A stretch of 64,000 bases of DNA from Candidatus Saccharimonadales bacterium. Its GTDB lineage: Bacteria; Patescibacteriota; Saccharimonadia; Saccharimonadales; DASZAF01. Made by a program: the position numbers and the translations under genes. Below are positions 1-9,180 of this stretch, piece after piece. The first letter of the stretch is position 1; each line of letters opens with the position of its first letter. The stretch lies in assembly GCA_035480055.1 (NCBI GenBank), contig DATIIB010000007.1, positions 68,360-132,359 of the forward strand, read 5' to 3'. The notes under the pieces were generated by a model. The model ran no database searches. It was not told the origin of the DNA and saw nothing but the letters and a program-made list of their open reading frames with translations.

Positions 1-606
1 CACTACAACGGTTTGTCCGTCCATATGATGTTCATGCGTTCGCGCAAGTACTTCTTGGGAAGAATCCTCCTGGTTAGCAGACCATAGATTTGCAAGCTTT
101 ACCTCAGATTCGGTTGGTTCAGCCGCAGCTGCTTCTAGCCGCCAACTGGCATCTTGTTCGCGCGGATCCACTACATCGCACTCCACATAAATAGCCCTGA
201 CAAGAGCGCTCCTGGGCCCCTCCTCTTCGCCTTCGCTCTCGGAGGACCCACCTCCTGGTATATGCCCATCCCAGCTGCTGCCGCCTTCACCGCCAGCCTG
301 AGTTTCAGGTTCATTATCTTCTGCTACCTCGGTTGTACCTTCTGCAGGCGATGCGTCTTCTGGGTCTCCCCCAGGGATAGGTGAGGATAGTTCTACCGTA
401 GTTTGCACTGCACTGGCTCCAGCTTCTGCTTGAAAGGACGAGTTTTTTTCATCATCAACAAAAGTCTCTACTGGTACGCCTTTGCTTAGCGTGACTTCCA
501 TACTTGGCGCCTGAGGCTGAGTAGCGTTCATATCAGAAATTTGTTTTGGAGCAGAATCAGGCACGAGTGTTTCTGTGCCAGGTTCCATTGAGGTATCTGT
601 GATCAT
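1..606 (-). CDS. hypothetical acidic low-complexity protein, 3' end beyond window edge
   Basis: Open minus-strand frame from ATG at 604-606 to position 1 (202 codons, my translation MITDTSMEPGTETLVPDS...). Directly downstream of rnc. Absent from ORF track because the stop lies outside the window. Confidence 0.4.
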   Translation of the reverse strand, partial: MITDTSMEPGTETLVPDSAPKQISDMNATQPQAPSMEVTLSKGVPVETFVDDEKNSSFQAEAGASAVQTTVELSSPIPGGDPEDASPAEGTTEVAEDNEPETQAGGEGGSSWDGHIPGGGSSESEGEEEGPRSALVRAIYVECDVVDPREQDASWRLEAAAAEPTESEVKLANLWSANQEDSSQEVLARTHEHHMDGQTVVV

Positions 607-637
607 CCTGATATTAAAGACCACTCCCACCGAGCTG

Positions 638-1351
638 TCAATTGGATGCTTCGTACTTCTTAAGCGCCGCTTCGGCCGCTTTTTGTTGGGCAGCTTGTTT
701 GCTGGGCCCAGTCCCCTGACCTTTAAGTTCACGACCGACAAAGACACCGAGGGTAAAGACCTTATCGTGATCTGGTCCAACTTCTTCGAGCACGCGATAT
801 TGGGGCGTCACACCTTCGACATTCTGCACTACCTCTTGCAGATGCGACTTTGGATCGCGCCAGCTACCGCTAAGGAGGATATCGTTAAAGGTTGCCAGAA
901 TGGTATCGGTAATAAATTTTTCAGCCGCCTCGTACCCTTGGTCAAGGTAGATTGCACCGGTCACAGCCTCGAATGAGTTTGCCAAAATCTGATGGCGAGC
1001 ACGGTCGGTGCCGCGTTTTTCGCCACGGCTCAGGCGCAGCATGTCGGCAAAGCCTAGTTTGCTGGCCGCAGCGCTGATTGATTCGGTACGTACCAACGCA
1101 GCACGCCAGCTGGTCAGTGTGCCTTCGGGATCTTGGTAATTGCTGTATAAAAACTCGGTCACTGCCAGTTCCAATACTGCATCACCAAGGAATTCCAAGC
1201 GTTCGTTGTGCACTTTGGCTGTACTACGATGTTCGTTGACATAGCTGCGGTGGGTAAAAGCGGTCAGCAATAGGTCAGCATCGCTGAATCGAAACCCAAA
1301 CGTCTTTTCCGCAAATGCTTGATATTTCTCGACAATGTGCGGCTCCACCAT
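638..1351 (-). CDS. rnc: ribonuclease III
   Basis: 237 aa with RNase III signature ERLEFLGDAVLE and a C-terminal dsRNA-binding region (GPDHDKVFTLGVF...GPSKQAAQQKAA). Confidence 0.95.
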   Translation of the reverse strand: MVEPHIVEKYQAFAEKTFGFRFSDADLLLTAFTHRSYVNEHRSTAKVHNERLEFLGDAVLELAVTEFLYSNYQDPEGTLTSWRAALVRTESISAAASKLGFADMLRLSRGEKRGTDRARHQILANSFEAVTGAIYLDQGYEAAEKFITDTILATFNDILLSGSWRDPKSHLQEVVQNVEGVTPQYRVLEEVGPDHDKVFTLGVFVGRELKGQGTGPSKQAAQQKAAEAALKKYEASN

Positions 1352-1352
1352 G

Positions 1353-1853
1353 TTACAACCTCATGTCTCGGATTTTTTTCATGGCCAGCAACATCAGTTT
1401 GCCAATGTCCTCGTACTCGATCATGTCGAGTGCTTTGGCCAGCGGAAACCAGCCAATGCCATTCATCCAATCCTCTTTTTTAAGTTTATCGGTTTCACCC
1501 TGTGCCTGCACCAAATAAACGTGCATAGTCATCAGCACCAAGCTTTGTTGGCGACGATAACGAAAGTTGATCTTGCCCAGCCAGTCCATGACGCGCATCT
1601 TTTGCAGGCCAGTTTCTTCGCGGATTTCGCGCTCGGCTGTTTCGCGAGTGATCTCGCCTTCTTCCACGTGACCTTTGGCAATCGTCCAACGATCTTTGGC
1701 ATCTTGAGTCAGCAGAATTTCTACCTCACCTTTTTGGTTGCGGCGAAACACAATCCCGCCAGCAGTTGTTTCGCGAACTACTTCTTGGATGAGTGGCTTC
1801 CGCTTGGGGAAGTATTTTTTAAATCGATCAAATTTTGGTTTAGGAACTTGCAT
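1353..1853 (-). CDS. NUDIX hydrolase
   Basis: 166 aa with Nudix box GHVEEGEITRETAEREIREETGL. Confidence 0.85.
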   Translation of the reverse strand: MQVPKPKFDRFKKYFPKRKPLIQEVVRETTAGGIVFRRNQKGEVEILLTQDAKDRWTIAKGHVEEGEITRETAEREIREETGLQKMRVMDWLGKINFRYRRQQSLVLMTMHVYLVQAQGETDKLKKEDWMNGIGWFPLAKALDMIEYEDIGKLMLLAMKKIRDMRL

Positions 1854-1856
1854 ATC

Positions 1857-2324
1857 TTATTCATTTCCTTTGGCTCCGGGAGCCTTGGGCGTCGTGCTAT
1901 TAGCAAGATGTTTGTAGGCGGTGCCCAGTACGCCATTCACGAATTTGGAGGAATTGTCGCTGCCAAAGGCTTTGGCCAGCTCCACCGCTTCGTTAATGGC
2001 AACTTTAGGCGGTACGTCAGGAAATTCCTTGAGCTCAAAAATCGCCATGCGCAGAATGCAACGGTCGATCCGGGCAATCTGGTCCACTGGCCACTCTGGC
2101 GCAATTGGCTGCAAAAAGGCATCAAGCGCGGTGGTTTGACCGGCAACGCCACGAACCAAACGCTCGACAAACTCTTTGTCGTCGATGGTTTGCTCGTATC
2201 GCTCAAGATTGCGACGCAAGATCTCATCGACGCTTACCTGCGCATCGCCCAGGCCTTTACGAAAATCAAATTCGTACAGCGACTGCAGAGCAATGATGCG
2301 ACCTAAATGGCGATTGGAAGCCAT
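1857..2324 (-). CDS. nusB: transcription antitermination factor NusB
   Basis: 155 aa with RIIALQSLYEFDF N-terminus and AINEAVELAK...FVNGVL blocks typical of NusB. Confidence 0.9.
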   Translation of the reverse strand: MASNRHLGRIIALQSLYEFDFRKGLGDAQVSVDEILRRNLERYEQTIDDKEFVERLVRGVAGQTTALDAFLQPIAPEWPVDQIARIDRCILRMAIFELKEFPDVPPKVAINEAVELAKAFGSDNSSKFVNGVLGTAYKHLANSTTPKAPGAKGNE

Positions 2325-2345
2325 ACGTAAATCCTACCTGTTAAA

Positions 2346-2507
2346 TTACTTGCTAGTAGTTTTAGCGAGCGCTTTTTTGCGCGCTTTTTTAGAAATAAGC
2401 ACCTTCACTGGGCTGGTTGCGTTGACCACAGCTGCCAGTTTTCGAACTAAATGACTTCGTCGGGTACCTGTCCGACGAGGCGTGGTGCGTTTCTTGGGCT
2501 TACCCAT
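2346..2507 (-). CDS. rpmF: 50S ribosomal protein bL32 (short form)
   Basis: 53-aa ORF below the track cutoff, my translation MGKPKKRTTPRRTGTRRSHLVRKLAAVVNATSPVKVLISKKARKKALAKTTSK. AAGGAG lies 7 nt upstream of the ATG. The basic N-terminal K+RT..R...RRSH pattern resembles L32. Confidence 0.55.
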   Translation of the reverse strand: MGKPKKRTTPRRTGTRRSHLVRKLAAVVNATSPVKVLISKKARKKALAKTTSK

Positions 2508-2587
2508 TGCACGACTCCTTTTTCTCTAATTTATAATAACTACTTGGGGATAGTATACCCGCAAAGCGACAAAAACTCAAGGATGGT

Positions 2588-3049
2588 TTGCACCACTCCA
2601 TTGACTTAAATGCTTACGAATTATATAGTACTTTAGTTAATTATCCCAGCAATATCTATCCAATGAGTGAACGAATCACACCGTCAGCAGTAGAGGCGCA
2701 CGTTGAACACAACGAGGCGCCTATTCGTTTGACCGCTCGCGGCCGCTTGGTTGCCACAATTGCAACCGCTGGCGTAGTGCTTTACGCAGGCTATGCCGCG
2801 GTGCAGTACGGTGACCCGGAGCTTACGTGCGAGACTACTCAGACGTACCAACTTGGCAAGCACCCCACGTATGACCAGTTGGCCAGGCACATTCAGGCTG
2901 CGGAACATCTTCGCGCCAGCATACCTCAGATTGTAGAGGAGCTTGAACGTGGCAATCCAGGCAAACCAGCTGGCCAGCTCCAGCCAAACGAAGTAGTCAC
3001 CGCTCCTGCCGACTGTCACGACGGGGTCAAAATTTTTCCCTTTAGCTAA
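2588..3049 (+). CDS. hypothetical membrane-anchored protein (likely start at ATG 2663)
   Basis: 153-aa ORF with one hydrophobic helix (LVATIATAGVVLYAGYAAV). No recognisable family. Confidence 0.4.
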   Translation: MHHSIDLNAYELYSTLVNYPSNIYPMSERITPSAVEAHVEHNEAPIRLTARGRLVATIATAGVVLYAGYAAVQYGDPELTCETTQTYQLGKHPTYDQLARHIQAAEHLRASIPQIVEELERGNPGKPAGQLQPNEVVTAPADCHDGVKIFPFS

Positions 3050-5544
3050 ACGACGAAGTTGACTAACTTGTTAGGGACAACGATTGTCCGCCGAAGTTCT
3101 TTACCCTCAATAAAAGCATGCACTTTGGCGTCTGCTTGCGCTGCGGCAATGGCGTCGGCTTCCGATGTGTCTTTTGGCACGACAACATTGGCCCGAACTT
3201 TGCCATTAACTTGCACAACCAGCGTGACTTCTTCGCTTACCAAATATTTTTCGTCGTACTTGGGCCAGCTGTCACTATGCACGCTCGTGCTGTGGCCGAG
3301 CTGATGCCATAACTCTTCGGCAATGTGCGGCGCAAAAGGCGCCACGCAGGCGATTAAACTCTCAAGAGCTTGTAGCCAGGTATCGTTTTTGGCAAATGCC
3401 TCGGCTTTGAATTTGTACAAGTCATTGAGGCAGGCCATAGCTGCGGCAATGGCGGTATTGTAGCGATTGGCTTCGATATCTTCGGTAATTTTTTTGATTG
3501 CTTGATGGATGGTGCGATTGATCGCCAGTTGTTGATCGGCAGCAGTCTCGCCAGCCTCAGCTTCGGTATATTCGCCCACGATACTCCACAAGCGATTCAA
3601 AAAGCGGTAAGCGCCAGGCACGCCCTGAGAATTCCAGCGGGTCCATAATTCCAGCGGCGAAGCGAACATCAGATACATTCGCAACGCATCGGCTCCATAG
3701 CCTTGATTGATAATCTCCAATGGGTCAATGCCATTGCCCTTGCTTTTGGAGAACATTCGGCCGTCGGCGGCGGTGATCTTGCCATTGAATAGGAACTGTT
3801 TGAAAGGTTCAGGGTTGTTGATCAGCCCCAACTTTTTAAAGAAGCGAGCCATAAACCGGGCGTATAGCAGGTGCGCCGTGGCATGATCAGCACCGTTATA
3901 AAAGTCGATCGGTTCCCACTTTTTGGCAACCTCGCTATCAAAGATAGCCTGCTGATTATGCGGGTCAAAGTAGCGGTACATATACCAACTGCTACAGATG
4001 TAGGTGTCGAGCGTATCGGTTTCGCGCTCACCTTCGCCGCCACATTCCGGACAGTCAACCTTCAGCCAATCTTTGGCGCGAGCAAGCGCGCTGCGGCCGT
4101 CACCGCTGGGTTGGAAATCATCCAGCTCGGGCAATACGACTGGCAATTCGTTATCAGGTACAAGCACGGGGCCACATTGTTGGCAGTGAATGATCGGAAT
4201 CGGTGCGCCCCAATAGCGTTGGCGGCTGACGCTCCAATCGCGCATGCGGTAGTTCACTACGCGTTTACCCATATCATACGCTTCCATGTGGTCCATCATT
4301 TTTTCAGTGGCGTCGTGAATGTCGAGTCCATTTAAGAACTCAGAATTGATCATCGTTCCATTTTCTTCTTGGACCTGTGCAGCGTCGTGAATGTCTGACT
4401 CATCGCCATCCTTGCCAACCACCACGCGCTCGATTGGCAGACCAAATGCTTGGGCAAATTCGAAGTCTCGCAGGTCGTGACCTGGCACACCGACTACTGC
4501 ACCAGTACCGAATCCAGCCAGGACAAAGTCGGCTACCCAAATTGGCAATCGGCGATTATTTAAAGTGTTTACTGCGTACAAACCGGTAAAGACGCCTGTT
4601 TTTTTACGCCCTTCCTGTTGACGCTCCACTTCAGTCTTGGCAGCTGATACTTTGGCATAAGCCGCAATCTCAGCCGCTGCATCGGTGCCGTCCTTGACAG
4701 TTAGCTCGCCACCAGCGATAGCCTGCGCCAATTCGTGTTCCGGTGAAATCACCACAAATGTCGCCCCGAAGTTGGTATCAGGTCGGGTTGTAAAACAGGT
4801 TACCTCCACATCGCTCGAGGCATTGTCAATTTTGTAAGTTATCTCGATGCCGCTCTTTTTGCCAATCCAGTTCTTCTGCGCCAACTTGACGGTTTCGCTC
4901 CAGTCCAGATCGTCGATTGCTTCCAGTAGTTCGTCAGCATAATCGGTGATCTTAAAGAACCACTGCTTTACTTCGCGCTTTTCTACCAGCGGGTCATCTG
5001 GAGCGTCGTGGCGCCAACATTTACCCTCAATCACCTGCTCGTTGGCCAGTACGGTCTGACACTTGGTGCACCACCACTGCATGCGGGCATCCTGGTAAGC
5101 CAATTTGTGCTGGTACATTTGGCTAAAGATCCACTGCGTCCATTTGTAATACTCGGGCAAATGCGTGGCAATTTCTTTTTCCCAGTCATTGCTCCAACCC
5201 ATGGCTTTATACTGCTTGTGATAGCTCGGGATGATGGTCGCCATGCTTTCTTGCGGCGACACGCCTGCTTTGATGGCGTAGTTTTCAGCCGGCAGCCCAA
5301 ACGCATCCCAACCCACGGGGTGATAACTTTCAAAACCTTGCTGGCGCTTAAAGCGTGCCTTTACATCACTAATTGTGTAGTTCATGGCGTGCCCGATATG
5401 AATACCCGCGCCACTCGGATAGTTGAACATGCTCATGGCGATGTATTTGGGCTTGTCGCTCTTAAGATCGGCTGTGTACGTGCCGGTTTCTTCCCACACT
5501 TTTTGCCACTTGGGTTCGATTTCGCTTGGGTTGTATCGTTTCAT
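3046..5544 (-). CDS. leuS: leucine--tRNA ligase
   Basis: 832 aa, class I aaRS with HIGH-type motif (PSGAGIHIGH) and KMSKS-type motif (MFSKSKGN). LeuRS-length protein with an editing domain. Confidence 0.97.
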   Translation of the reverse strand: MKRYNPSEIEPKWQKVWEETGTYTADLKSDKPKYIAMSMFNYPSGAGIHIGHAMNYTISDVKARFKRQQGFESYHPVGWDAFGLPAENYAIKAGVSPQESMATIIPSYHKQYKAMGWSNDWEKEIATHLPEYYKWTQWIFSQMYQHKLAYQDARMQWWCTKCQTVLANEQVIEGKCWRHDAPDDPLVEKREVKQWFFKITDYADELLEAIDDLDWSETVKLAQKNWIGKKSGIEITYKIDNASSDVEVTCFTTRPDTNFGATFVVISPEHELAQAIAGGELTVKDGTDAAAEIAAYAKVSAAKTEVERQQEGRKKTGVFTGLYAVNTLNNRRLPIWVADFVLAGFGTGAVVGVPGHDLRDFEFAQAFGLPIERVVVGKDGDESDIHDAAQVQEENGTMINSEFLNGLDIHDATEKMMDHMEAYDMGKRVVNYRMRDWSVSRQRYWGAPIPIIHCQQCGPVLVPDNELPVVLPELDDFQPSGDGRSALARAKDWLKVDCPECGGEGERETDTLDTYICSSWYMYRYFDPHNQQAIFDSEVAKKWEPIDFYNGADHATAHLLYARFMARFFKKLGLINNPEPFKQFLFNGKITAADGRMFSKSKGNGIDPLEIINQGYGADALRMYLMFASPLELWTRWNSQGVPGAYRFLNRLWSIVGEYTEAEAGETAADQQLAINRTIHQAIKKITEDIEANRYNTAIAAAMACLNDLYKFKAEAFAKNDTWLQALESLIACVAPFAPHIAEELWHQLGHSTSVHSDSWPKYDEKYLVSEEVTLVVQVNGKVRANVVVPKDTSEADAIAAAQADAKVHAFIEGKELRRTIVVPNKLVNFVV

Positions 5545-5587
5545 TCGCTCGGCTCTCCTTAGGTATCTATATCACAAAATAAAGTGT

Positions 5588-5610
5588 CAAAAATAACTCC
5601 CCTACGGGAG
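5588..5610 (-). terminator. possible intrinsic terminator or attenuator between murF and leuS
   Basis: On the minus strand: CTCCC-GTAG-GGGAG hairpin followed by TTATTTTT. The stem is only 5 bp. Confidence 0.3.
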
Positions 5611-5695
5611 AAGTCGCACTAGAATGAGAGTTGCTGGTTTCATCAGGGGTATTATAACAGAAACCACATTCTGTTGACGAGTACAAGGGCAACCG

Positions 5696-6994
5696 CTACA
5701 GCTGATTAAACTGCGTCTGCTTGACCTTAATCCACTCTGGGGTTTGGCGCACCAGTTCTTTTTCGTCAGCTGTATCGGCCAAAAGAAGTTTGGCTGCTTC
5801 TTCGGTAAAGACATGGTTTTGGGAACCCTTAACCAGCACGACGGTGCCTTTTTCGAGCTTGGCACGCACAAATGCTCCCGCGTCATATGGGGAAAGAAAG
5901 CTCTCCACCTTGCAGCCTCTTGCTTTGGCAGCCGGCGCCAGATACTTATCGGCTTCGTCACCAACGGTCACCACCAGATCGAGCTTTTTGGGATCGCAGG
6001 CTTCGCCCACTTCTTTGTGCGCTTCTTCAGACTGATCGCCAAGTTCGTTCATTGAACCAAGAATGGCAATGCGCTGTTTGCCCTTAAATTCGTACAGTGT
6101 TTTAAGCGCAGCGGTCGCAGCCAGCGGGCTGGAGTTGTAGCTATCATCGATGATGATCGACTGCTCGGCACCATGCAATAGGTTCATACGGCCGCTGACC
6201 GGCTCAACATTATCCACGCCTCGGGCGATTTTGTCGTGCGGCATGCCCAGCTCTGTCGCTGCGGCAACCGCGGCCATAACCGGCTTGATGTTGTGCTTAC
6301 CAACCACCCGGATTTGAGCCGAAAGCTCGCCCAACCCTTCGCCCAAAAACTTTCCGTCAAAGCCAAACTCCAGACTAAAATTATCAATCTTAAACTGATA
6401 ATCTGCGGTCTCCTCAAACCCATACGTGTACGTCGTGCTCGCTTCGCAAAAATGATCAAAAGAAATGTCAATGTCGTCACGATTAATAAGCGCCATCTTG
6501 GCATTGCTGGTTATCGCCAGTTCTTCGCGGGCCACCATTTCCAAGGTGCCGAATTGCTCCATGTGTTCGGGTGAGATCGCCGTGACCACCGCAATGTCTG
6601 GCTTAATATAGTTCGCAAACGAGGCAATGTCGCCTGGTTTGTCGGTGCCAAGCTCCAGCACCACGACCTCATAAGGATACCCTGAGCGCAAAATCTTGCG
6701 CATCTTCATTAGCACCACCAACCACGCCAAGGGATTATGGACATTCTTGGGATAGTCCAAGCCAAAGAGCATCACCGGCACGGCCACATCGACATTGTAA
6801 TTGCTATAGCCGCTGCGCGAACCAAGCACCTTAAAGTGCTCATTCAGCACAGTAGTGAGAGCGTCTTTGGTAGAGGTCTTGCCGACACTCCCTGTAACGG
6901 TCACCACTTTGGGTTGGTATTTGGCAAGGAGTCGGGTAGCGTACCGTTCGAGAAAGCGTTGAATGAATTTTTTAAACATACTTAGAAAGGACAA
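5696..6994 (-). CDS. murF: UDP-N-acetylmuramoyl-tripeptide--D-alanyl-D-alanine ligase (Mur ligase family)
   Basis: 432 aa with Mur ligase P-loop VTVTGSVGKTSTKD. Overall MurF-like layout. Confidence 0.8.
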   Translation of the reverse strand: MSFLSMFKKFIQRFLERYATRLLAKYQPKVVTVTGSVGKTSTKDALTTVLNEHFKVLGSRSGYSNYNVDVAVPVMLFGLDYPKNVHNPLAWLVVLMKMRKILRSGYPYEVVVLELGTDKPGDIASFANYIKPDIAVVTAISPEHMEQFGTLEMVAREELAITSNAKMALINRDDIDISFDHFCEASTTYTYGFEETADYQFKIDNFSLEFGFDGKFLGEGLGELSAQIRVVGKHNIKPVMAAVAAATELGMPHDKIARGVDNVEPVSGRMNLLHGAEQSIIIDDSYNSSPLAATAALKTLYEFKGKQRIAILGSMNELGDQSEEAHKEVGEACDPKKLDLVVTVGDEADKYLAPAAKARGCKVESFLSPYDAGAFVRAKLEKGTVVLVKGSQNHVFTEEAAKLLLADTADEKELVRQTPEWIKVKQTQFNQL

Positions 6995-7010
6995 TAAAAC
7001 TTAAGCAGTA

Positions 7011-8735
7011 TCAGCCTCCTACACAGTACATTGAATCAGAGAGCTTGGTCAAGAGGGCAAAGCTGCTTACTGATTCGCCAGGCGTAAAGGTTTGGCCGTC
7101 TTCGCTACAAGACGACTCCAGTTGGTAATAAATGTAGCCACTGGACGGCACGCCTGAATGGTACTGCAGCTTATACTTGCTGCTGATGCTCGGGTTAATC
7201 TTTTGAGTCACAAATTCTCTCAAGGTGGTGTCGTCGCTCGGCAGGCCATTGCCCTGGTTTTGGTAATCGGTGAGAGTGGTATACACGCTATCCACCGCAG
7301 CCTTGATGTCCGAATCGCTGATGGTGGCCGGCGCTGGCGTAGACGGAGCAGGAGTTGTCGGGGCGACAGCTGTGGGCAGCGTCTGCTGGGTAGGCGCATT
7401 GACGTCTACGGCCTGGTCCAGCTTGTCGTAGCGATAGGTATAGGTAGTGTTTCCCAGTTTGTAACTGAATTGCAGCAAACGCTTATCGCTCTTGCGAGCC
7501 CAGATCTGCATTGTGTCTGGCAGAGTGTCTTTAAGATTATCGGTAATCAGCTTGGTGTCACTAATGCCTATAACTTTGGCGATCTGGAGGTTCAGCTCGC
7601 GCGCCTTATCGGCATTCAAGGCTACATTGATGCGCCAGACCGGTTGGTTGGTGATGGTATCATCGGCTGGCGCTGTGTCTTTGGTGGTATACACAGAGTT
7701 CTGTGTCATAAAAGCGGTTAGCGTTTTTTGGTCATCATCCCGAAAATAACCAATCGGCAATGGCGAAGGGATGATCACGCGCATTGATTGCAAATCGGCC
7801 GTTTCGTTGAGTGCCGCAACCGTTGGATCGCTTACCGGTTGGCCGTCTTTGATCGCCAAAACCCACTGGTCGTTCGCAGTCGTCAGCAGCTGTTTGCGCG
7901 TTGCATCAGCGACTTTATTGAGAGAATCCTGCGTAAAATGCTTCTTGATATAATAGCTGCTGCCAATCACCGTCACGGCAACCGGGTCAGCCGTGGCCGA
8001 TCCAATAATGTTGTCCACAGCCACATGTGGCTCGCCGACTTTACGAAAATCAGCCTGCCGGCTGCGCGTGAGTGAATCTTTTCCCGTTTGTGCCACCAGC
8101 GTCTCGTTATACGTCTGCGTTTTAAAGGTTGTTGCCATCACTTGCGGCAGCAACTCCTGAATATTGACTGCAGGCGCTGGGGGCGTATGGTGTTTGCGTT
8201 GCAGGGCCACCAACCCAACCACACCACCTACAATCAATAGCACCAATACGGTGACCATAATTGCCCACTTTTTGGAATGCTTGACCACTGGGTAATCGGC
8301 TGGATTAACCGCAGCGGTGTTCATTACTGGCGGATATACCGGAGTTTGCGGTGGAATTGAAGCAACACCAGGTTGTCCAATAATCGGCTGCGTAGGCATT
8401 GCCGACTGTGGCCGGTATCCTGTTGGCTGCGGCGGTGAAGTATTCAGCGGTGTCACCCGGGATTGCTGTCCATTCGCGGCCCACACGTTCTGCATCGCCT
8501 GCACCTGCCAAGACGGCTTGATAGCTAGCTCAGCCTGAGGCGGCATGGGTGGTGGCTGAATTGGCCGTGGCGCAGGAGCTGCCTGAGGCTGAAAAAACTG
8601 CGGAGACTGCAAAGTTTGCGGTGGAGTTTGCGCAGGCTGTAAAGGCTGCGGTGGCTGCGGAGGTGGGGGCGGCCCGAAAGAACTCCCAGATTGCGGTTGA
8701 TTATTTGCTGGCACGCCCGTCCCATCCATTACCAA
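7011..8735 (-). CDS. hypothetical single-pass membrane protein with Pro/Gln-rich N-terminus
   Basis: 574 aa. About 150 aa of P/Q-rich low complexity, then one TM helix (WAIMVTVLVLLIVGGVVGLVAL), then a large C-terminal domain. Confidence 0.6.
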   Translation of the reverse strand: MVMDGTGVPANNQPQSGSSFGPPPPPQPPQPLQPAQTPPQTLQSPQFFQPQAAPAPRPIQPPPMPPQAELAIKPSWQVQAMQNVWAANGQQSRVTPLNTSPPQPTGYRPQSAMPTQPIIGQPGVASIPPQTPVYPPVMNTAAVNPADYPVVKHSKKWAIMVTVLVLLIVGGVVGLVALQRKHHTPPAPAVNIQELLPQVMATTFKTQTYNETLVAQTGKDSLTRSRQADFRKVGEPHVAVDNIIGSATADPVAVTVIGSSYYIKKHFTQDSLNKVADATRKQLLTTANDQWVLAIKDGQPVSDPTVAALNETADLQSMRVIIPSPLPIGYFRDDDQKTLTAFMTQNSVYTTKDTAPADDTITNQPVWRINVALNADKARELNLQIAKVIGISDTKLITDNLKDTLPDTMQIWARKSDKRLLQFSYKLGNTTYTYRYDKLDQAVDVNAPTQQTLPTAVAPTTPAPSTPAPATISDSDIKAAVDSVYTTLTDYQNQGNGLPSDDTTLREFVTQKINPSISSKYKLQYHSGVPSSGYIYYQLESSCSEDGQTFTPGESVSSFALLTKLSDSMYCVGG

Positions 8736-8801
8736 CAGACCTTGCTTTTCATTCTTCTTAGCTTACCACTTATAGAACGCTAAATAAACAGATGTGGCTC
8801 C

Positions 8802-8826
8802 AAAGAAAAACCCGGGGAATACCCGG
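8802..8826 (-). terminator. orphaned terminator of the displaced tRNA-Ala 3' fragment
   Basis: Minus strand: CCGGG-TATTC-CCCGG followed by GTTTTTCTTT. It begins 9 nt downstream of the tRNA 3' remnant at 8836. Confidence 0.4.
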
Positions 8827-8835
8827 AGCTTTCTT

Positions 8836-8880
8836 TGGTGGAGATACGGGGACTCGAACCCCGGACCTCTTGCATGCCAT
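8836..8880 (-). repeat. att direct repeat (displaced 3' part of tRNA-Ala, nt 33-77 incl. CCA)
   Basis: 45/45 identical to 21671-21715 (tggtggagatacggggactcgaaccccggacctcttgcatgccat). Confidence 0.85.
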
Positions 8881-8962
8881 TTCAATTCAAGACACCTGTC
8901 GCAGCCGCCTGACCTCCGTCAGTGAACGCATGGACGTACACAAAAGGCGCTGGCTGCTCGGC

Positions 8963-8988
8963 ATCGTTGCTGTCAATCGTTGCTGTCA
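8963..8988 (+). repeat. tandem 13-mer (ATCGTTGCTGTCA x2), candidate integrase arm-type sites
   Basis: The core CGTTGCTGTCA occurs at 8965 and 8978. It recurs at 21609 and 21622 with the same 13-nt spacing. Confidence 0.55.
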
Positions 8989-9180
8989 TCGCAGAACGGC
9001 GCAGGGTAGAAGATGAGCACTAGCGCATCGCTCATCTTCTACCTTGGAGCCCATCGACCAGATTGGCCTGCGCTCAAATTTGCGTGACCTGAAGCCTTAG
9101 ATATTTGTTTGGGAAATGTAACGTCATCGGCGTTCCCAAGCTGATATTGAAAGGTTTGATATAGAAAACTGTGGCCTTTT

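Noticed and set aside
1335-2306. 323-aa plus-strand ORF, the longest unassigned ORF near the start of the window
   Set aside because: It lies entirely antisense to the well-supported NUDIX and nusB genes and has a low-complexity, family-less sequence. This is a typical shadow ORF.
3059-5562. Several 60-184-aa plus-strand ORFs inside leuS
   Set aside because: All are antisense to a complete, motif-bearing LeuRS gene and have no independent support.
5545-5695. T-box or other leader RNA upstream of leuS
   Set aside because: The region is only ~150 nt. It has no recognisable specifier-loop/T-box sequence and only a weak 5-bp hairpin with a U-tract.
8792-9016. 74-aa plus-strand ORF spanning the left att repeat
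   Set aside because: Its GGDTGTRTPDLLHA segment is simply the att core read in the integrase frame. It has no start context and is better explained as the continuation the integrase ORF would acquire after excision.
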